Made by a program: the position numbers and the translations under genes. Shown one piece after another: positions 1 to 12,236 of a stretch of 55,711 bases of DNA. Location of the stretch: positions 1 to 55,711 of the IMG/VR virus record IMGVR_UViG_3300032024_000424. One strand, 5' to 3'. Positions within the stretch are counted from its first letter, which is position 1. Every line of letters starts with the position of its first letter. The notes beneath the pieces are model-generated. The model saw only the letters and a list, made by a program, of their open reading frames with translations, did not search any database and was not told the origin of the DNA. Source of the stretch: a virus. Lineage: Duplodnaviria > Caudoviricetes.

Positions 1-506
1 ATGCAGGACATCGCGACGCAACTCGCAGCCTTGGACGACATGACGACCGGCGAACTGGCCGACCTCTACCGGGAACTGCACGGCCAGCCCTGCCGCACCC
101 GCCACCGGGCCTACCTCGTCCGGAAGAACGCCTGGCGCATCCAGGCCAACGCCGAAGGCGACCTCTCCGAGCGGGCAATGAGGCGAGCCGTCGAACTGGC
201 TGACGACGCCGACGTGCGGGTGATGGCACCTAAGACCATGATCTGCCCACCACAGGCCGGCGAATCCGCGACGGTGACCCGCCCAGTCTCAAGAGGCCCT
301 GCCAGGCCGACTGACCCGCGCATCCCGCCACCCGGCACCGCACTCGTTCGCGAGTACAAGGGGCGCACGATCCGGGCCGTCGTCCTCGAGGACGGTCAAG
401 GTTTTGAGTGCAACGGTGAGCGCTTCCGCACGCTCAGCGCGCTGACGAAGAAGATCACCGGCAGCCACATGAATGGGTTCCGGTTCTTCAGACTGGGGGC
501 GCAGCG

Positions 507-510
<4 letters not shown>
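1..510 (+). CDS. DUF2924 domain protein
   Basis: PPGTALVREYKG and F-x-TLSAL..KITGSHMNGFRFF motifs; overlaps the recombinase start, as is typical. Confidence 0.85.
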
Positions 511-2074
<1,564 letters not shown>

Positions 2075-2078
<4 letters not shown>

Positions 2079-2494
2079 CAACCGTCACGCGACAGATCCA
2101 CTTCGCCCGCAAGACGCGCCGCAAGGTCATCAAGCCCGGCCCGCCACCCGAGCCGCCGACTCCCAACGGCCGAACCCCGCGCGTGTCGAAGCTGATGGCT
2201 CTGGCGATCCGCTTCGACCAGATGCTCGCCGATGGTCAAGTCGCCAGCATGTCCGAACTCGCTCGCCTCGCCCACGTCACGCAGCCACGCATGACCCAAA
2301 TCATGAACTTGCTGCATCTCTCGCCAGACATACAGGAGGAACTTCTCAACTTGCCGCCAGTGAAGGCCGGCGAGGATCCGATCACGGAGCGTGACCTGCG
2401 GTCGATCACGCGGATCAAGGATTGGCGAACTCAAAGGCATGGTTGGTTACACGCGAAGAACGATCGCCTGCGCCAAACCAGTGACACCAACTGA
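2075..2494 (+). CDS. Recombinase-associated HTH protein
   Basis: ELARLAHVTQPRMTQIMNLLHLSPDIQE; translationally coupled to the recombinase. Confidence 0.7.
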
Positions 2495-2501
2495 CAGATT
2501 C

Positions 2502-5500
2502 TCACACCTGCTCGCCCTCGGTTGTCCGAATCTGATCGTAAACATCCCTGAGCAAATGCTGGCTCACCGCCTCGCGGAACCGTTCTTCGTTCATGTAGCG
2601 GGCCGTGATCTCTTCATTCTGGTCCATACGATCGATGAATAATCCCTCCAGTGCTTTGCGAAAGACGTAGCCGAAGTTCTCCATCGTGTTCGCCAGTGCC
2701 GCCTGCCGCAGGCCGCTGTCCGCCACGGCATCTTCGCGGATCGATTCGAAGAAGAGCTGGTCGCCGGGCTTGAACTCGGTGCCGAACCGCTCGTTCAGGA
2801 TGTCGATCAGCCGCGACAACTCGATGTCGTCCGGATGGGCCGCTTTAGTTCCCACGGATGTCGGTCCATCGACCGGCTCGTTCTTGCCCGCCTCAAGATC
2901 AATCGAGCCTTCGCCGATCTTCTGCAGCCGGTAGTATTTGAGCGATACGTCATCATCGAAGTGGTACACCGGCCCGCTGTCGCCCTTGGGCAGCTTCGTC
3001 AGCAGGAACCGGATGTACGAGTACAGCTTCTCCAGGTCGGTATCCTTAAACGGGATAACCTGCGACAGGAACGAGTACAGGTTCCGAAAAGCCGTCAGCG
3101 TCTTGCGGAACTCCTCTCGCTCCTCTTCATCAAGCTCGGTGAACCGCCCGACGGCGGGGTCGATACAAGCATTCATCCGGGCATGGTCCGTCGGCGTCTG
3201 GTTCCGCCTGGGCTTGTAGAAGACCCGGCAGAACTCCTCGACCTCGGCCTTGTGGTAAACCTGTTGGGCGTCGAGCTTCGCCTGCAACTCGTAGAGTTGC
3301 TTCGGATCGGCCTGTTCACCAACCAGCGTCTGCTCGTAGTACGGCTGGAAGGCGGCAAGAATCTCTTCGGGCTCATTCACAAAGTCCAAGACGAACGTGT
3401 CCTCCTTGCCCGGGTGCGTGCGGTTTAGGCGCGACAGCGTCTGCACCGCTTGAATGCCCGCCAGCCGCTTGTCCACGTACATCGTGTGCAGCAGCGGCTG
3501 ATCGAAGCCCGTCTGGTACTTCTCGGCCACCAGCAGTACCTGGTATTCCTCGGTGGCGAACCGCTCGGGCAACTCCTTCTGGCCGATGTGCTTGCCCCGG
3601 GCGTCGACGTTCATCCCCGACTCGGTGTACTCGACCCCTGGCGCATCCGGGTCAATCACTGTGCCGGAGAAGGCCACCAGCGTCTTGATCTCCTTGTAGC
3701 CTTTCTCCTTGATGTACTTATCGAACGCCTGCTTGTACTTGACCGCATGCAGACGACTCGATGTGACCACCATCGCTTTGGCCTTGCCGCCGATCTTGTG
3801 CAGCGTAAAATGGCGGAAGTGCTCGACCATCACTTCGGTCTTCTGGGCGATGTTGTGCGGGTGCAGACTCATGAATCGGGCCAGCGCCCGGGCGGCTTTC
3901 CGCTTGTCGACCTTCGGATCGTCCTCGATAGACTTGATCAGCCGGTAGTAGGTCTTATAGGTCGTGTAATTCTTAAGCACGTCCAGGATAAAGCCTTCGT
4001 CGATGGCCTGTCGCATGCTGTAGAGGTGGAAAGGCAGAGGTTTGCCGTCTGACCCTGGCTGGCCGAAGACCTCCAGCGTCTTGTACTTGGGCGTGGCCGT
4101 GAAAGCGAAGAAGCTGATGTTCGGCTGCTTGCCTCGCTTGGCCATCGCCTTGAGAATCTCTTCCTCGTAATCGGGCAGGCCTTCCGCCTCGGCCTTGGCT
4201 TTCGCCTCCTCCTTGATCGCCGCGCCTGCCAGCACGCCCTTGAGTTCGGTCGCCGTCTCGCCGCCCTGGGAACTATGCGCCTCGTCGACGATAACCGCGT
4301 ACCGCTTCTTCGGCAGGTCGCCGATCTTCTCGGTCACGAACGGGAACTTCTGCAGCGTCGTGATAATGATCGGCGTCCCGGCACCCAGCGCCTCGGCCAG
4401 TTGCGTTGAGTTGATCTCGATCTTCTCCACGACACCTTGCTTGTGCTCGAACTGGTAGATCGTGTTCTGAAGCTGCTGGTCCAGCACGACCCGGTCGGTC
4501 ACGACGATCACGGAGTCGAACACCTTCTCGTCCTGCTCGTCGTACAGGCTGCTCAGCCGGTGCGCCAGCCAGGCGATGGAGTTGCTTTTCCCGCTACCCG
4601 CGGAGTGCTGCACGAGGTAGTTGTTCCCGACACCGCGCTCGCGTGCGTCCGCCACCATCTCCCGCACGCAGTCGAGCTGGTGGTAGCGGGGGAAGATCAT
4701 CGTCTGCTTCTTGACCTTCTTGTCACCGAGCTTCTTCTCCTCGATCTGCAGGTGGATGAATCGCGCCAGGATGTCCAGGAAGCTGTGCCGCTCCAGCACC
4801 TCTTCCCACAGGTAGGCCGTCTTGTATCCTTTAGGGTTGTCCGGGTTCCCGCCGCCGCCACCGCAGCCCTTGTTCAACGGCAGGAAGTACGTCTTGCTGC
4901 CCGACAACCGCGTGGTCATGTAGACCTCGTCGGTGTCCACGGCGAAATGCACCAGCGCCCGATGCTTGAACTGGAAGATCAGGTCGCCCGGGTCGCGGTC
5001 GTTCTTGTACTGCGTTACCGCGTGCCGCCAGGTCTGGGCGGTCATCGGGTTCTTCAGTTCCGCCGTCGCCACCGGGATGCCGTTGATCGCTAACGTCACG
5101 TCCAGCGTGTTGTTGTGCTTGGGCGAGTACTTCAGTTGCCGTGTGATCGTCAGCCGGTTGGCCTCGTACCGCTTCTTCGTCTCCGGGTTCATCCCGCTGA
5201 CCGGGGCGAAGTAAGCCACGTGAAACAGCTTGCCGAAGCACTTGAACCCGTGCCGCAGTACCGACAAACAGCCCTCGCGCTCAGAGTCCAGCGCCCGGCA
5301 TAGATCATCGAGCAGCGTCTCCTCAGCTTTGTCCTTCTGGATGCCCTCCAGGTACGCCCACTCATCCGGCTGCGTCGCCTTGATGAACGCCAGCACGTCG
5401 GTCGGGAAGATCGCTCGGTGCGGATCGAAGCCGTCTCGGTCGCCCTTGACGTACCCGCCCACCGTCGTCAGGTGGTGCTCGATGGCGGCTTCGAAGGCCT

Positions 5501-5522
5501 TCTCTTGGTGATCAACCGGCAT
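2502..5522 (-). CDS. hsdR: Type I restriction enzyme R subunit
   Basis: AELKN nuclease motif, HSAGSGKS, DEAH, FTATP, QTGFDQP. Start placed at MPVDHQEK. Confidence 0.95.
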   Translation of the reverse strand: MPVDHQEKAFEAAIEHHLTTVGGYVKGDRDGFDPHRAIFPTDVLAFIKATQPDEWAYLEGIQKDKAEETLLDDLCRALDSEREGCLSVLRHGFKCFGKLFHVAYFAPVSGMNPETKKRYEANRLTITRQLKYSPKHNNTLDVTLAINGIPVATAELKNPMTAQTWRHAVTQYKNDRDPGDLIFQFKHRALVHFAVDTDEVYMTTRLSGSKTYFLPLNKGCGGGGGNPDNPKGYKTAYLWEEVLERHSFLDILARFIHLQIEEKKLGDKKVKKQTMIFPRYHQLDCVREMVADARERGVGNNYLVQHSAGSGKSNSIAWLAHRLSSLYDEQDEKVFDSVIVVTDRVVLDQQLQNTIYQFEHKQGVVEKIEINSTQLAEALGAGTPIIITTLQKFPFVTEKIGDLPKKRYAVIVDEAHSSQGGETATELKGVLAGAAIKEEAKAKAEAEGLPDYEEEILKAMAKRGKQPNISFFAFTATPKYKTLEVFGQPGSDGKPLPFHLYSMRQAIDEGFILDVLKNYTTYKTYYRLIKSIEDDPKVDKRKAARALARFMSLHPHNIAQKTEVMVEHFRHFTLHKIGGKAKAMVVTSSRLHAVKYKQAFDKYIKEKGYKEIKTLVAFSGTVIDPDAPGVEYTESGMNVDARGKHIGQKELPERFATEEYQVLLVAEKYQTGFDQPLLHTMYVDKRLAGIQAVQTLSRLNRTHPGKEDTFVLDFVNEPEEILAAFQPYYEQTLVGEQADPKQLYELQAKLDAQQVYHKAEVEEFCRVFYKPRRNQTPTDHARMNACIDPAVGRFTELDEEEREEFRKTLTAFRNLYSFLSQVIPFKDTDLEKLYSYIRFLLTKLPKGDSGPVYHFDDDVSLKYYRLQKIGEGSIDLEAGKNEPVDGPTSVGTKAAHPDDIELSRLIDILNERFGTEFKPGDQLFFESIREDAVADSGLRQAALANTMENFGYVFRKALEGLFIDRMDQNEEITARYMNEERFREAVSQHLLRDVYDQIRTTEGEQV

Positions 5523-7428
5523 GTTTTGCCTCCTTCGGGCCAGACGTTGAGGCTGTGTACGCCTGGTCAGGGCGGTTCGGCTTGTCTGGATACCGCAGGC
5601 GAAGCTCACCTTCGTCAACCATGGGCTTGAGGAAACGGCCACGAAGCGCTGCCGGGCTGCGGTTCATCAACTCGCCCAGATGCGTTGCTGTCAGATATCG
5701 GCCTCGACATAGATCGGTAATCACGCGCCGGGTTTCAGCCGGCGCAAGTCGGTCCGACATCTGCGCCGGGAGCGCAATCTCTCGGAGATGCTTCAGATCG
5801 GCCTCGCCCATGTGTTCGAGCATCTGTGACGAGTCCCAAACCGCCTTGTGTGTGGAGTCGGCCTTGTGTGTGGAGCCTCCGCCCTTATGTGTGGAGTCGC
5901 CGTCCGAACGTGCGGACCCGACCACATCCCGTACAGGGCGTGCTGGGAGCCGATAACTTGCCCACCGTTTCTGCCCATCCTGGCTCAAAAACCCCCTCTG
6001 AACGAGCTTCTGCAGCATCTTGGTCAGGTCCGCCGAATGCTGGCTTGTGATCTCCCGCATTCGGGCGTTGGAGACCTGCCCCTCCACAGCAGCCGTCACC
6101 ACTGCCTGGACCTCGTCCTCCGACAGTTTCTCGAACTTCGCCCCAAACCGCTGCCGCAGTTCCGCCAACGTATCCTCCGGCATCAGGCTGACCATCGGCA
6201 TGATCAGCCGCACCCGCGAGGGCTGGACCTGCTCCTGAATGCTCGGCCACCGCCAGTGCTGCGACCGCCAGCCCTGCCGAATCTTATCGATCCCCGATCC
6301 CGCCTTCTCCGCAGCCCCGATCAACAGGAACATGGTCTGGAGCGCCTTGTTCCGGCATTCGCTCACGCCGCCCTTGAGTAGTTGATCCAACGACACCAGC
6401 AACGTACCGGGATTCGAAACCTCGAACCGATCCCGGTACTTCTCCACCACTACGCCACCTTCGCCGCGATAGTCCGCGTGGATCAATCCGTTCACCAGCG
6501 CTTCACGGATCGCCTCGTGAACCACCGTCTCGCCGCGACGGAATAGACCCTCGTCTAACTGGAACGGCAGCTTCAAATCCGCCGACAAACGCTGAATCAC
6601 CCGCTGGTAGAACTGGAACAGGTTCGCCTCCCATGTACCGTCTACCGTCAGCCGATCCGTCCATCGCACCGCCGGGTCGTCCGACAGCCGTTCCCGGTAA
6701 TCCACCTGATAGCCGGGAACGGCCTCGGCCGCCCGGATGGCGTCGGCCTTGCCAAACATCAGCAGCCCGGCGAGCGTCAGCCCCTCGCGCTCATCACGAC
6801 GGTCCAGCCGCCAGCCGCCCAGTTTCGTCAGAAACCCCTTCACATCCTCGCTCAGCCACGGGTGGTCCGGCGTTCGCGCCGAGAACCGCTGGCGGTACTG
6901 CTGCACGCTCGCCTCGTCCAGGTCATCCAACCCGAACCCGTCGAGGATCGCCGAATCCGCCGGCTCGTCCGCACGATCCGCCAGCATCCGTCCGACCTCC
7001 TGCTCCGAGCAGTGATAGTCGCCCTCGTAGTTGCGGCGATATGTCCCGGTCAACGGGTTCTGCCCGACATACACAGGCCGCTGCCGCCGATCGGCACGCG
7101 GAACCCGAATCATAAGGACCGCCTTGCCTTCTATCGTATGTTCCGCCACGTCCGCATCGGTCAGCAGGTTCGCGCTCACCTTGCCACGGTTGTTGGCCAC
7201 GTCCCAGAACTGCTTACGCATCGCGGCGGCATCGCCCAGCCCGGACACGCGACCGTCGTCCCCCACCCCCAGCACGATGACGCCGCCATCCGTGTTCGCC
7301 ATTGCGCTGTAGGTCTCCCACATGCTGCCCGGCAAGCCACCCTTGGCCGACTTGTACTCCAGGTCATGATCTTCAGGCAAACCGATTTGCTGATGCCAGG
7401 TGGGAACCCCTCGATGTCGCGCCATCAC
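5512..7428 (-). CDS. AlbA_2 (Schlafen-like) + HATPase_c_4 + HTH protein
   Basis: EDHDLEYKSA..SAMANTDGG, REALVNGLIHADY, NPG, EKAGSGI, C-terminal YPDKPNRPDQAY. Confidence 0.85.
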   Translation of the reverse strand: MMARHRGVPTWHQQIGLPEDHDLEYKSAKGGLPGSMWETYSAMANTDGGVIVLGVGDDGRVSGLGDAAAMRKQFWDVANNRGKVSANLLTDADVAEHTIEGKAVLMIRVPRADRRQRPVYVGQNPLTGTYRRNYEGDYHCSEQEVGRMLADRADEPADSAILDGFGLDDLDEASVQQYRQRFSARTPDHPWLSEDVKGFLTKLGGWRLDRRDEREGLTLAGLLMFGKADAIRAAEAVPGYQVDYRERLSDDPAVRWTDRLTVDGTWEANLFQFYQRVIQRLSADLKLPFQLDEGLFRRGETVVHEAIREALVNGLIHADYRGEGGVVVEKYRDRFEVSNPGTLLVSLDQLLKGGVSECRNKALQTMFLLIGAAEKAGSGIDKIRQGWRSQHWRWPSIQEQVQPSRVRLIMPMVSLMPEDTLAELRQRFGAKFEKLSEDEVQAVVTAAVEGQVSNARMREITSQHSADLTKMLQKLVQRGFLSQDGQKRWASYRLPARPVRDVVGSARSDGDSTHKGGGSTHKADSTHKAVWDSSQMLEHMGEADLKHLREIALPAQMSDRLAPAETRRVITDLCRGRYLTATHLGELMNRSPAALRGRFLKPMVDEGELRLRYPDKPNRPDQAYTASTSGPKEAKHAG

Positions 7429-8771
7429 GCCGCCTCCCCTCGAACGTCGATCTTACCGGTCACCGCAGCGGATATGAGGGCGATTCGATGTTCACGAAGC
7501 ATGGCGGCGCTTTCATCAACTCGCATTATCAAGTCATCGATCTTCCGCATCTGCTGGTGAAGGCGCGCGCATACTTCCAGTTGCTCCTGCTCATCTGGAA
7601 TGAAAACGCTGATGTTCTTCCAGAGGTCCGTACGGAGGCACTTCGTTCCGTGGGCGGATTCGTCGACGTGGGACAGCACCAAGCTGCTGATTCCCTCAAG
7701 AAGAAACGCCAAGTAGTCCGCAACAACGCCCCGTTCCGGCCGTAATGCCTTCATGTCTTGATTGATCGTGACGGGCGCAGTCGTTAGACCGACCGGGAAG
7801 GTATGAGCCAGTATCATCCCGCGCACGACAATCAACACCACGGGAGGTTCCAGTAAGCGGAGTCCGGTATCACTAACCGCCTCTTCGGAGACATGATCTT
7901 CCGAGTCGTTGATGCAACGCTTCTTCATGTCCTTTGGAGACACCCAAGGGATTGTGCCGCGCCAGTACGCCTCGTTGGACTTGCTTGGTGTGCATCCGCC
8001 ACTCATGGATGCGACGTATCCCAGCTTTCGGTGATACCAAGAAGCTGGGACATCCCCCAGCCATTCGATGCCGGAGTCTTTCATGGGGGCGTTGGGGTCG
8101 AGGCCCTTGGTGACGGCGTGGCTGATCAGGGCGGAGCGCTTCTCCTGGAGCAGCTCAATCTGCCGCCGCTTCTTCTCGATCAACGTGTCGATCCGCGCCG
8201 TCTCCCGATCCAGAAACGCCGCGATGGCTTTCTGCTCGTCGAGCGGTGGAAGGGTAATGCCGATATTACCCACCTCAGGCGAGTTGATGGCGGGGTAGCT
8301 GACGCCGGTCGAACGGGAAACGACCGTTTCCACGAAGAACGGCGACCGCAAGGCGTAGGACAGATAACCCGGATCGAGCGAGCGAGGTCGAACGACAGCG
8401 AAGCCGGTGGAGACGATGAGGCTGCCATCCGCGCCCTGAATCGGCGCGATGGCACGGAGGTAGGTGCGAACAGTGGAGACAATCGTGTCACCGTCGCGGA
8501 CGATACGCCTCGCTCGGGACGGCGCATCCTGAAAACGGTATGTTTCCGTTGCTACGATGCCTTTCGACGCATCGACGCTCCCTATATCAACGTAGGTGAA
8601 CTCGTAGTCTGGGTCGGTTGTCTCCGCCAGCGCTTCATCGTTGATGGTGGCTGTGTATTTAAGGCGGCGCACCTCCCAGTGCTCGGGAACATCACCGACC
8701 CAGTCCATCCCCGACGGCTTGTACGCCGGGTAGATCGCTCGCTTGCCTGTCTGGACGGATGGACCAGTCAC
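7425..8771 (-). CDS. hsdS: Type I R-M specificity subunit
   Basis: Two TRDs, PPLDEQKAIAAFLD, KDSGIEWLGDVP, LISAAVTGKIDV. Confidence 0.95.
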   Translation of the reverse strand: MTGPSVQTGKRAIYPAYKPSGMDWVGDVPEHWEVRRLKYTATINDEALAETTDPDYEFTYVDIGSVDASKGIVATETYRFQDAPSRARRIVRDGDTIVSTVRTYLRAIAPIQGADGSLIVSTGFAVVRPRSLDPGYLSYALRSPFFVETVVSRSTGVSYPAINSPEVGNIGITLPPLDEQKAIAAFLDRETARIDTLIEKKRRQIELLQEKRSALISHAVTKGLDPNAPMKDSGIEWLGDVPASWYHRKLGYVASMSGGCTPSKSNEAYWRGTIPWVSPKDMKKRCINDSEDHVSEEAVSDTGLRLLEPPVVLIVVRGMILAHTFPVGLTTAPVTINQDMKALRPERGVVADYLAFLLEGISSLVLSHVDESAHGTKCLRTDLWKNISVFIPDEQEQLEVCARLHQQMRKIDDLIMRVDESAAMLREHRIALISAAVTGKIDVRGEAA

Positions 8772-9883
8772 GGCTTACCCCCTGTGCCCGGCCCACGCTT
8801 GCGGCCTTTCTTTTTGCCCTTGGCCTGCTTCTTCTTCGGCGTTTTCTTCTTCCGCTGCTGCTCAAGGGCCTGGGCGGAGGTGCGCAGGTCTTCGACGTAT
8901 CGGGATTCGGCCTGGGCTTCGGCTTCGAGGCGGCGGCGCTCGGCGAAGGCGTCGTACTGCTCGTGCGCCCAATCCAGGGCATCATCGTGGCTGATCGAGC
9001 CGGCGCCTGGGAGGACGGGCAGTTCGGTGTCGTGCAGGAACTTGTCAAGAAACGCCTGCCAGTCGTGCATGTGGATGTTCTGGCGGCGCTGGGCGCGGAA
9101 CTCGGCCTGGTCGAGGAACATGACGGTGATGCGGTTGAGGGTGTCGATCTCCCGGGCGTCGAGGTAGTTCTTGGCGGTGCCCACGTCGCGTTTGATGACG
9201 CGGCCGCCTTTCCAGGCGGTCAGGCCCATATTGGGCAGCGTGCTGTCGGCCCGGCGGCGGATGATCTCGGCGGCGGTGTGGCCGGTGGCCGCGAAGTGCA
9301 TCTTGTTCTGCATGGTGGCGAAGAAGCGCTGGGTTTCCTGTTCGCCTTCGCGGTAATCGACGGCCAGGGCGAGGATTTCGCGGATGCGCTGGTAGACGCG
9401 GGCCTCGCTGGCGCGAATCTCGCGGATGCGGGCGAGCAGCTCGTCGAAGTAGTCGGTGACGCTGTCGGTGCCCTTGAGGCGGTCATCGTTGAGCGTGAAG
9501 CCCTTGACGAGGTACTCGCGGAGGCGGGCGGTGGCCCATTGACGGAAACGCGTAGCGACCGGCGATTTCACGCGGTAGCCGACGGCGATGATCACGTCGA
9601 GGTTGTAATGCTCGATGGGCCGACGGACGGTGCGCGAGCCTTCCTGACGAACTGTCAAATATTTTTTGACAGTTGCCTCCGGGGCCAGCTCGCCTTCCTC
9701 GTAAATGCTTTTGATATGGTAGCTTATGTTCTGCTTGCTGGTCTGGTACAGCTCGGCCAGCAGGTTCTGCGTCAGCCAGACGGTCTCGCCTTCGAGCAGG
9801 ACGCGGATCTGGTCGCTGCCCTGCCGGGGCTGGTAGAGGACGATCTCACCTTGGGGGCGGATGGGGCCGGGGTCTTCGGTCAT
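8768..9883 (-). CDS. rhuM: RhuM-family (virulence/DNA-binding) protein
   Basis: ETVWLTQ..AELY, YNLDVIIAVGYRVKS, FRQWAT, IRASE, QNKMHFA. Confidence 0.9.
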   Translation of the reverse strand: MTEDPGPIRPQGEIVLYQPRQGSDQIRVLLEGETVWLTQNLLAELYQTSKQNISYHIKSIYEEGELAPEATVKKYLTVRQEGSRTVRRPIEHYNLDVIIAVGYRVKSPVATRFRQWATARLREYLVKGFTLNDDRLKGTDSVTDYFDELLARIREIRASEARVYQRIREILALAVDYREGEQETQRFFATMQNKMHFAATGHTAAEIIRRRADSTLPNMGLTAWKGGRVIKRDVGTAKNYLDAREIDTLNRITVMFLDQAEFRAQRRQNIHMHDWQAFLDKFLHDTELPVLPGAGSISHDDALDWAHEQYDAFAERRRLEAEAQAESRYVEDLRTSAQALEQQRKKKTPKKKQAKGKKKGRKRGPGTGGKP

Positions 9884-11925
9884 TCGGTCACCTCCGCGAG
9901 CATGTCGGCGATCTCGCCTTCGATCTTCTTGAGGTCGGATTCGATCTCGTCGAGCGGCCGGGGCGGGGTGTACTGGTAGAAGTATCGGTTGAAGTTGATC
10001 TCGTAGCCGATCTTCGTCTTCGATTCATCGACCCAGGCATCGGGCATGTGCGGCAGAACCTCGCGCCGCATGTACTCGTCTATGTCTTCCTTGAGTGGGA
10101 CGTTCTCGTAGTCGCGCAGCTCGGGATCGGGTTCGGCCCCCGGATGTTTGCCCTTGGCGTCGGTGCAGACTTCGGCCGTCTCGTCGCGCTCGGCCAAGGC
10201 CATGAGGATCGCCTTGAACAGCGCGGCGTGCACCTTCAGGTCGGCCTTCTTGAACGCGGCTTTCATCTGATTCGAGAAGGCTTCGCGGTCCTTGACCACG
10301 CCGCTGCCTTGACTTCCGGGGGCGGCGAGCGTACGCAGGGCGGCGAGGATGGCTTCCTGCTGCTTACGACCAGCTTCGATCTCGGCCTGGGCGGCCTTGG
10401 TGTCCTTGCGCTTGCGGCTGGTGGCGAGCTTGGTGAACGGCGTGGCCTCCTGGAGGCGTGCGAGGCGTTCATCATTCACGGCGAAGTTCAGCCGGAGCGG
10501 ACGCTCGACGGTGATGCGCTGGTAGCCAAAGTCGGTGTTGTCGAAGATGCGGACGTGGTCGTCGTCAGAGAGTTGCCCGTAGAGGCGGGTGATGTCGTCG
10601 CGCTGGTCGTCGCAGACCTCGTTCCGCTTGTTACCGAGGCTCTTGCGCATCTTCTTGAAGAAGCTGGTGCCGTCGACCAGTTGAATCTTGCCCTTGCGGC
10701 CGGGCTCCTTGCGGTTGGTGACGATCCACAGGTAGGTGTAGATGCCGGTGTTGTAGAAGAGCTGGTCGGGCAAGGCGACGATGGCCTCGAGCCAGTCGTT
10801 CTCGATGATCCAGCGGCGGATTTCGCTTTCGCCTGAGCCCGCGCCGCCTGTGAACAGGGGCGAACCGTTGAAGACGATGGCCAGGCGGGTGACGCCGTCG
10901 CCTTCCGGGGGCGGGGCCTTCATCTTGCTGATCATGTGCTGGAGGAACAGCAGCGAGCCGTCGTTGATGCGAGGCAGCCCGGCACCGAAGCGGCCGCCGA
11001 AGCCCTGGCTCTCGTGCTCTCGCTTGATGGCATCCTGTTCCGGCTTCCACTCCACGCCGAAGGGCGGATTGGCGAGCATGTAGTCGAACTTGTGGCGGGG
11101 AAAGCGGTCGTCGGTGAAGCTGTCGCCGTAGGCGATGTGGTCGATGTTCTGGCCCTTGATCATCATGTCCGAGCCGCAGATGGCGTTGGCCTGGGCGTTG
11201 TAGTCCTGGCCGAATACCTCGAGCTGGGCGTCGGGGTTCAGCTCGCGGACGTAGTCTTCGGCGACGGAGAGCATGCCGCCGGTGCCGCAGGCGGGGTCGT
11301 AGAGCGTCTTGACGATGCCCTTGGTGGTCAGCACGTCGCTGTCGGGCATGAACAGCAGGTTGACCATGAGGCGGATGACCTCGCGCGGCGTGAAGTGGTC
11401 GCCCGCTTCCTCGTTCGATGCCTCGTTGAATCGCCGGATCAGCTCTTCGAAGACGTAGCCCATCTCGATGTTCGAGACACGGTCCGGGTGAAGGTCGATC
11501 TGGCAGAAGCGTGAGACGATCAGGTAGAGGCGGTCGGCCTTGTCCAGGCGGGCGATGTGCTCTTCGAAGCCGAACCGCTCAATGATCTCGCGGGCGCGGG
11601 TGGAGAAGCCCTTGATGTAGTTGGTGAGGTTGGCGGCGATGTTGTTCGGGTCGCCCTTGAGCTTCTCGAACGTGTAGCGGCTGGTGTTGTAAAAAGGGAC
11701 GCCGGTGACGCGACAGAGGATCGGCTCGACGTTCTTGACCTTGCCGCCTTCGAGCTTCTTCATGCGGTCGAGGACTTCGTCCTTGGTCGGCTCAAGCACG
11801 CAGTCCAAGCGGCGCAGGACGGTCAGCGGGAGCATGACGTCCTTGTACTGGTTGGGTCGGTACGGGCCGCGCAGCAGGTCCGCCACAGACCAAATGAAGC
11901 TGACTTTTTCGCCGAAGTTGTTCAC
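9880..11925 (-). CDS. hsdM: Type I R-M methyltransferase subunit
   Basis: HFTPREV, DPACGTGG, NPPFG. GTG start overlaps the upstream stop. Confidence 0.95.
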   Translation of the reverse strand: MNNFGEKVSFIWSVADLLRGPYRPNQYKDVMLPLTVLRRLDCVLEPTKDEVLDRMKKLEGGKVKNVEPILCRVTGVPFYNTSRYTFEKLKGDPNNIAANLTNYIKGFSTRAREIIERFGFEEHIARLDKADRLYLIVSRFCQIDLHPDRVSNIEMGYVFEELIRRFNEASNEEAGDHFTPREVIRLMVNLLFMPDSDVLTTKGIVKTLYDPACGTGGMLSVAEDYVRELNPDAQLEVFGQDYNAQANAICGSDMMIKGQNIDHIAYGDSFTDDRFPRHKFDYMLANPPFGVEWKPEQDAIKREHESQGFGGRFGAGLPRINDGSLLFLQHMISKMKAPPPEGDGVTRLAIVFNGSPLFTGGAGSGESEIRRWIIENDWLEAIVALPDQLFYNTGIYTYLWIVTNRKEPGRKGKIQLVDGTSFFKKMRKSLGNKRNEVCDDQRDDITRLYGQLSDDDHVRIFDNTDFGYQRITVERPLRLNFAVNDERLARLQEATPFTKLATSRKRKDTKAAQAEIEAGRKQQEAILAALRTLAAPGSQGSGVVKDREAFSNQMKAAFKKADLKVHAALFKAILMALAERDETAEVCTDAKGKHPGAEPDPELRDYENVPLKEDIDEYMRREVLPHMPDAWVDESKTKIGYEINFNRYFYQYTPPRPLDEIESDLKKIEGEIADMLAEVTE

Positions 11926-12116
11926 TGCCTCGCGCCTTTCTCGGGGTGCCGCTTGAGCCACTCGTCGATGGCCCCCTTGTGGAACCGCCACCGCTTGCCG
12001 ATCTTCTGCCCGGGGAGCTTATCCTCAACGGCCAGCTTGTAGAGCGTCGATTTGGAGATCTTCAGGTACTCCGCCAGCTCGTCCATGGTCATGATCTCGT
12101 GACGTTTAGTCGCCAT
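11922..12116 (-). CDS. Excisionase-like HTH DNA-binding protein
   Basis: MTMDELAEYLKISKSTLYKL...KIGKRWRF (HTH_17-like). Confidence 0.9.
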   Translation of the reverse strand: MATKRHEIMTMDELAEYLKISKSTLYKLAVEDKLPGQKIGKRWRFHKGAIDEWLKRHPEKGARQ

Positions 12117-12236
12117 GGCTGCTCCATGCGCTTCCGGGCCAATCCTGGTCTACGATCGCTCGTCAGTTGCTGCGGTAATTATCTGTTTTTCGCCGTTTTT
12201 CACAAGCGAGCCCCGTTTCAGCTCATCCGGGCCCCG

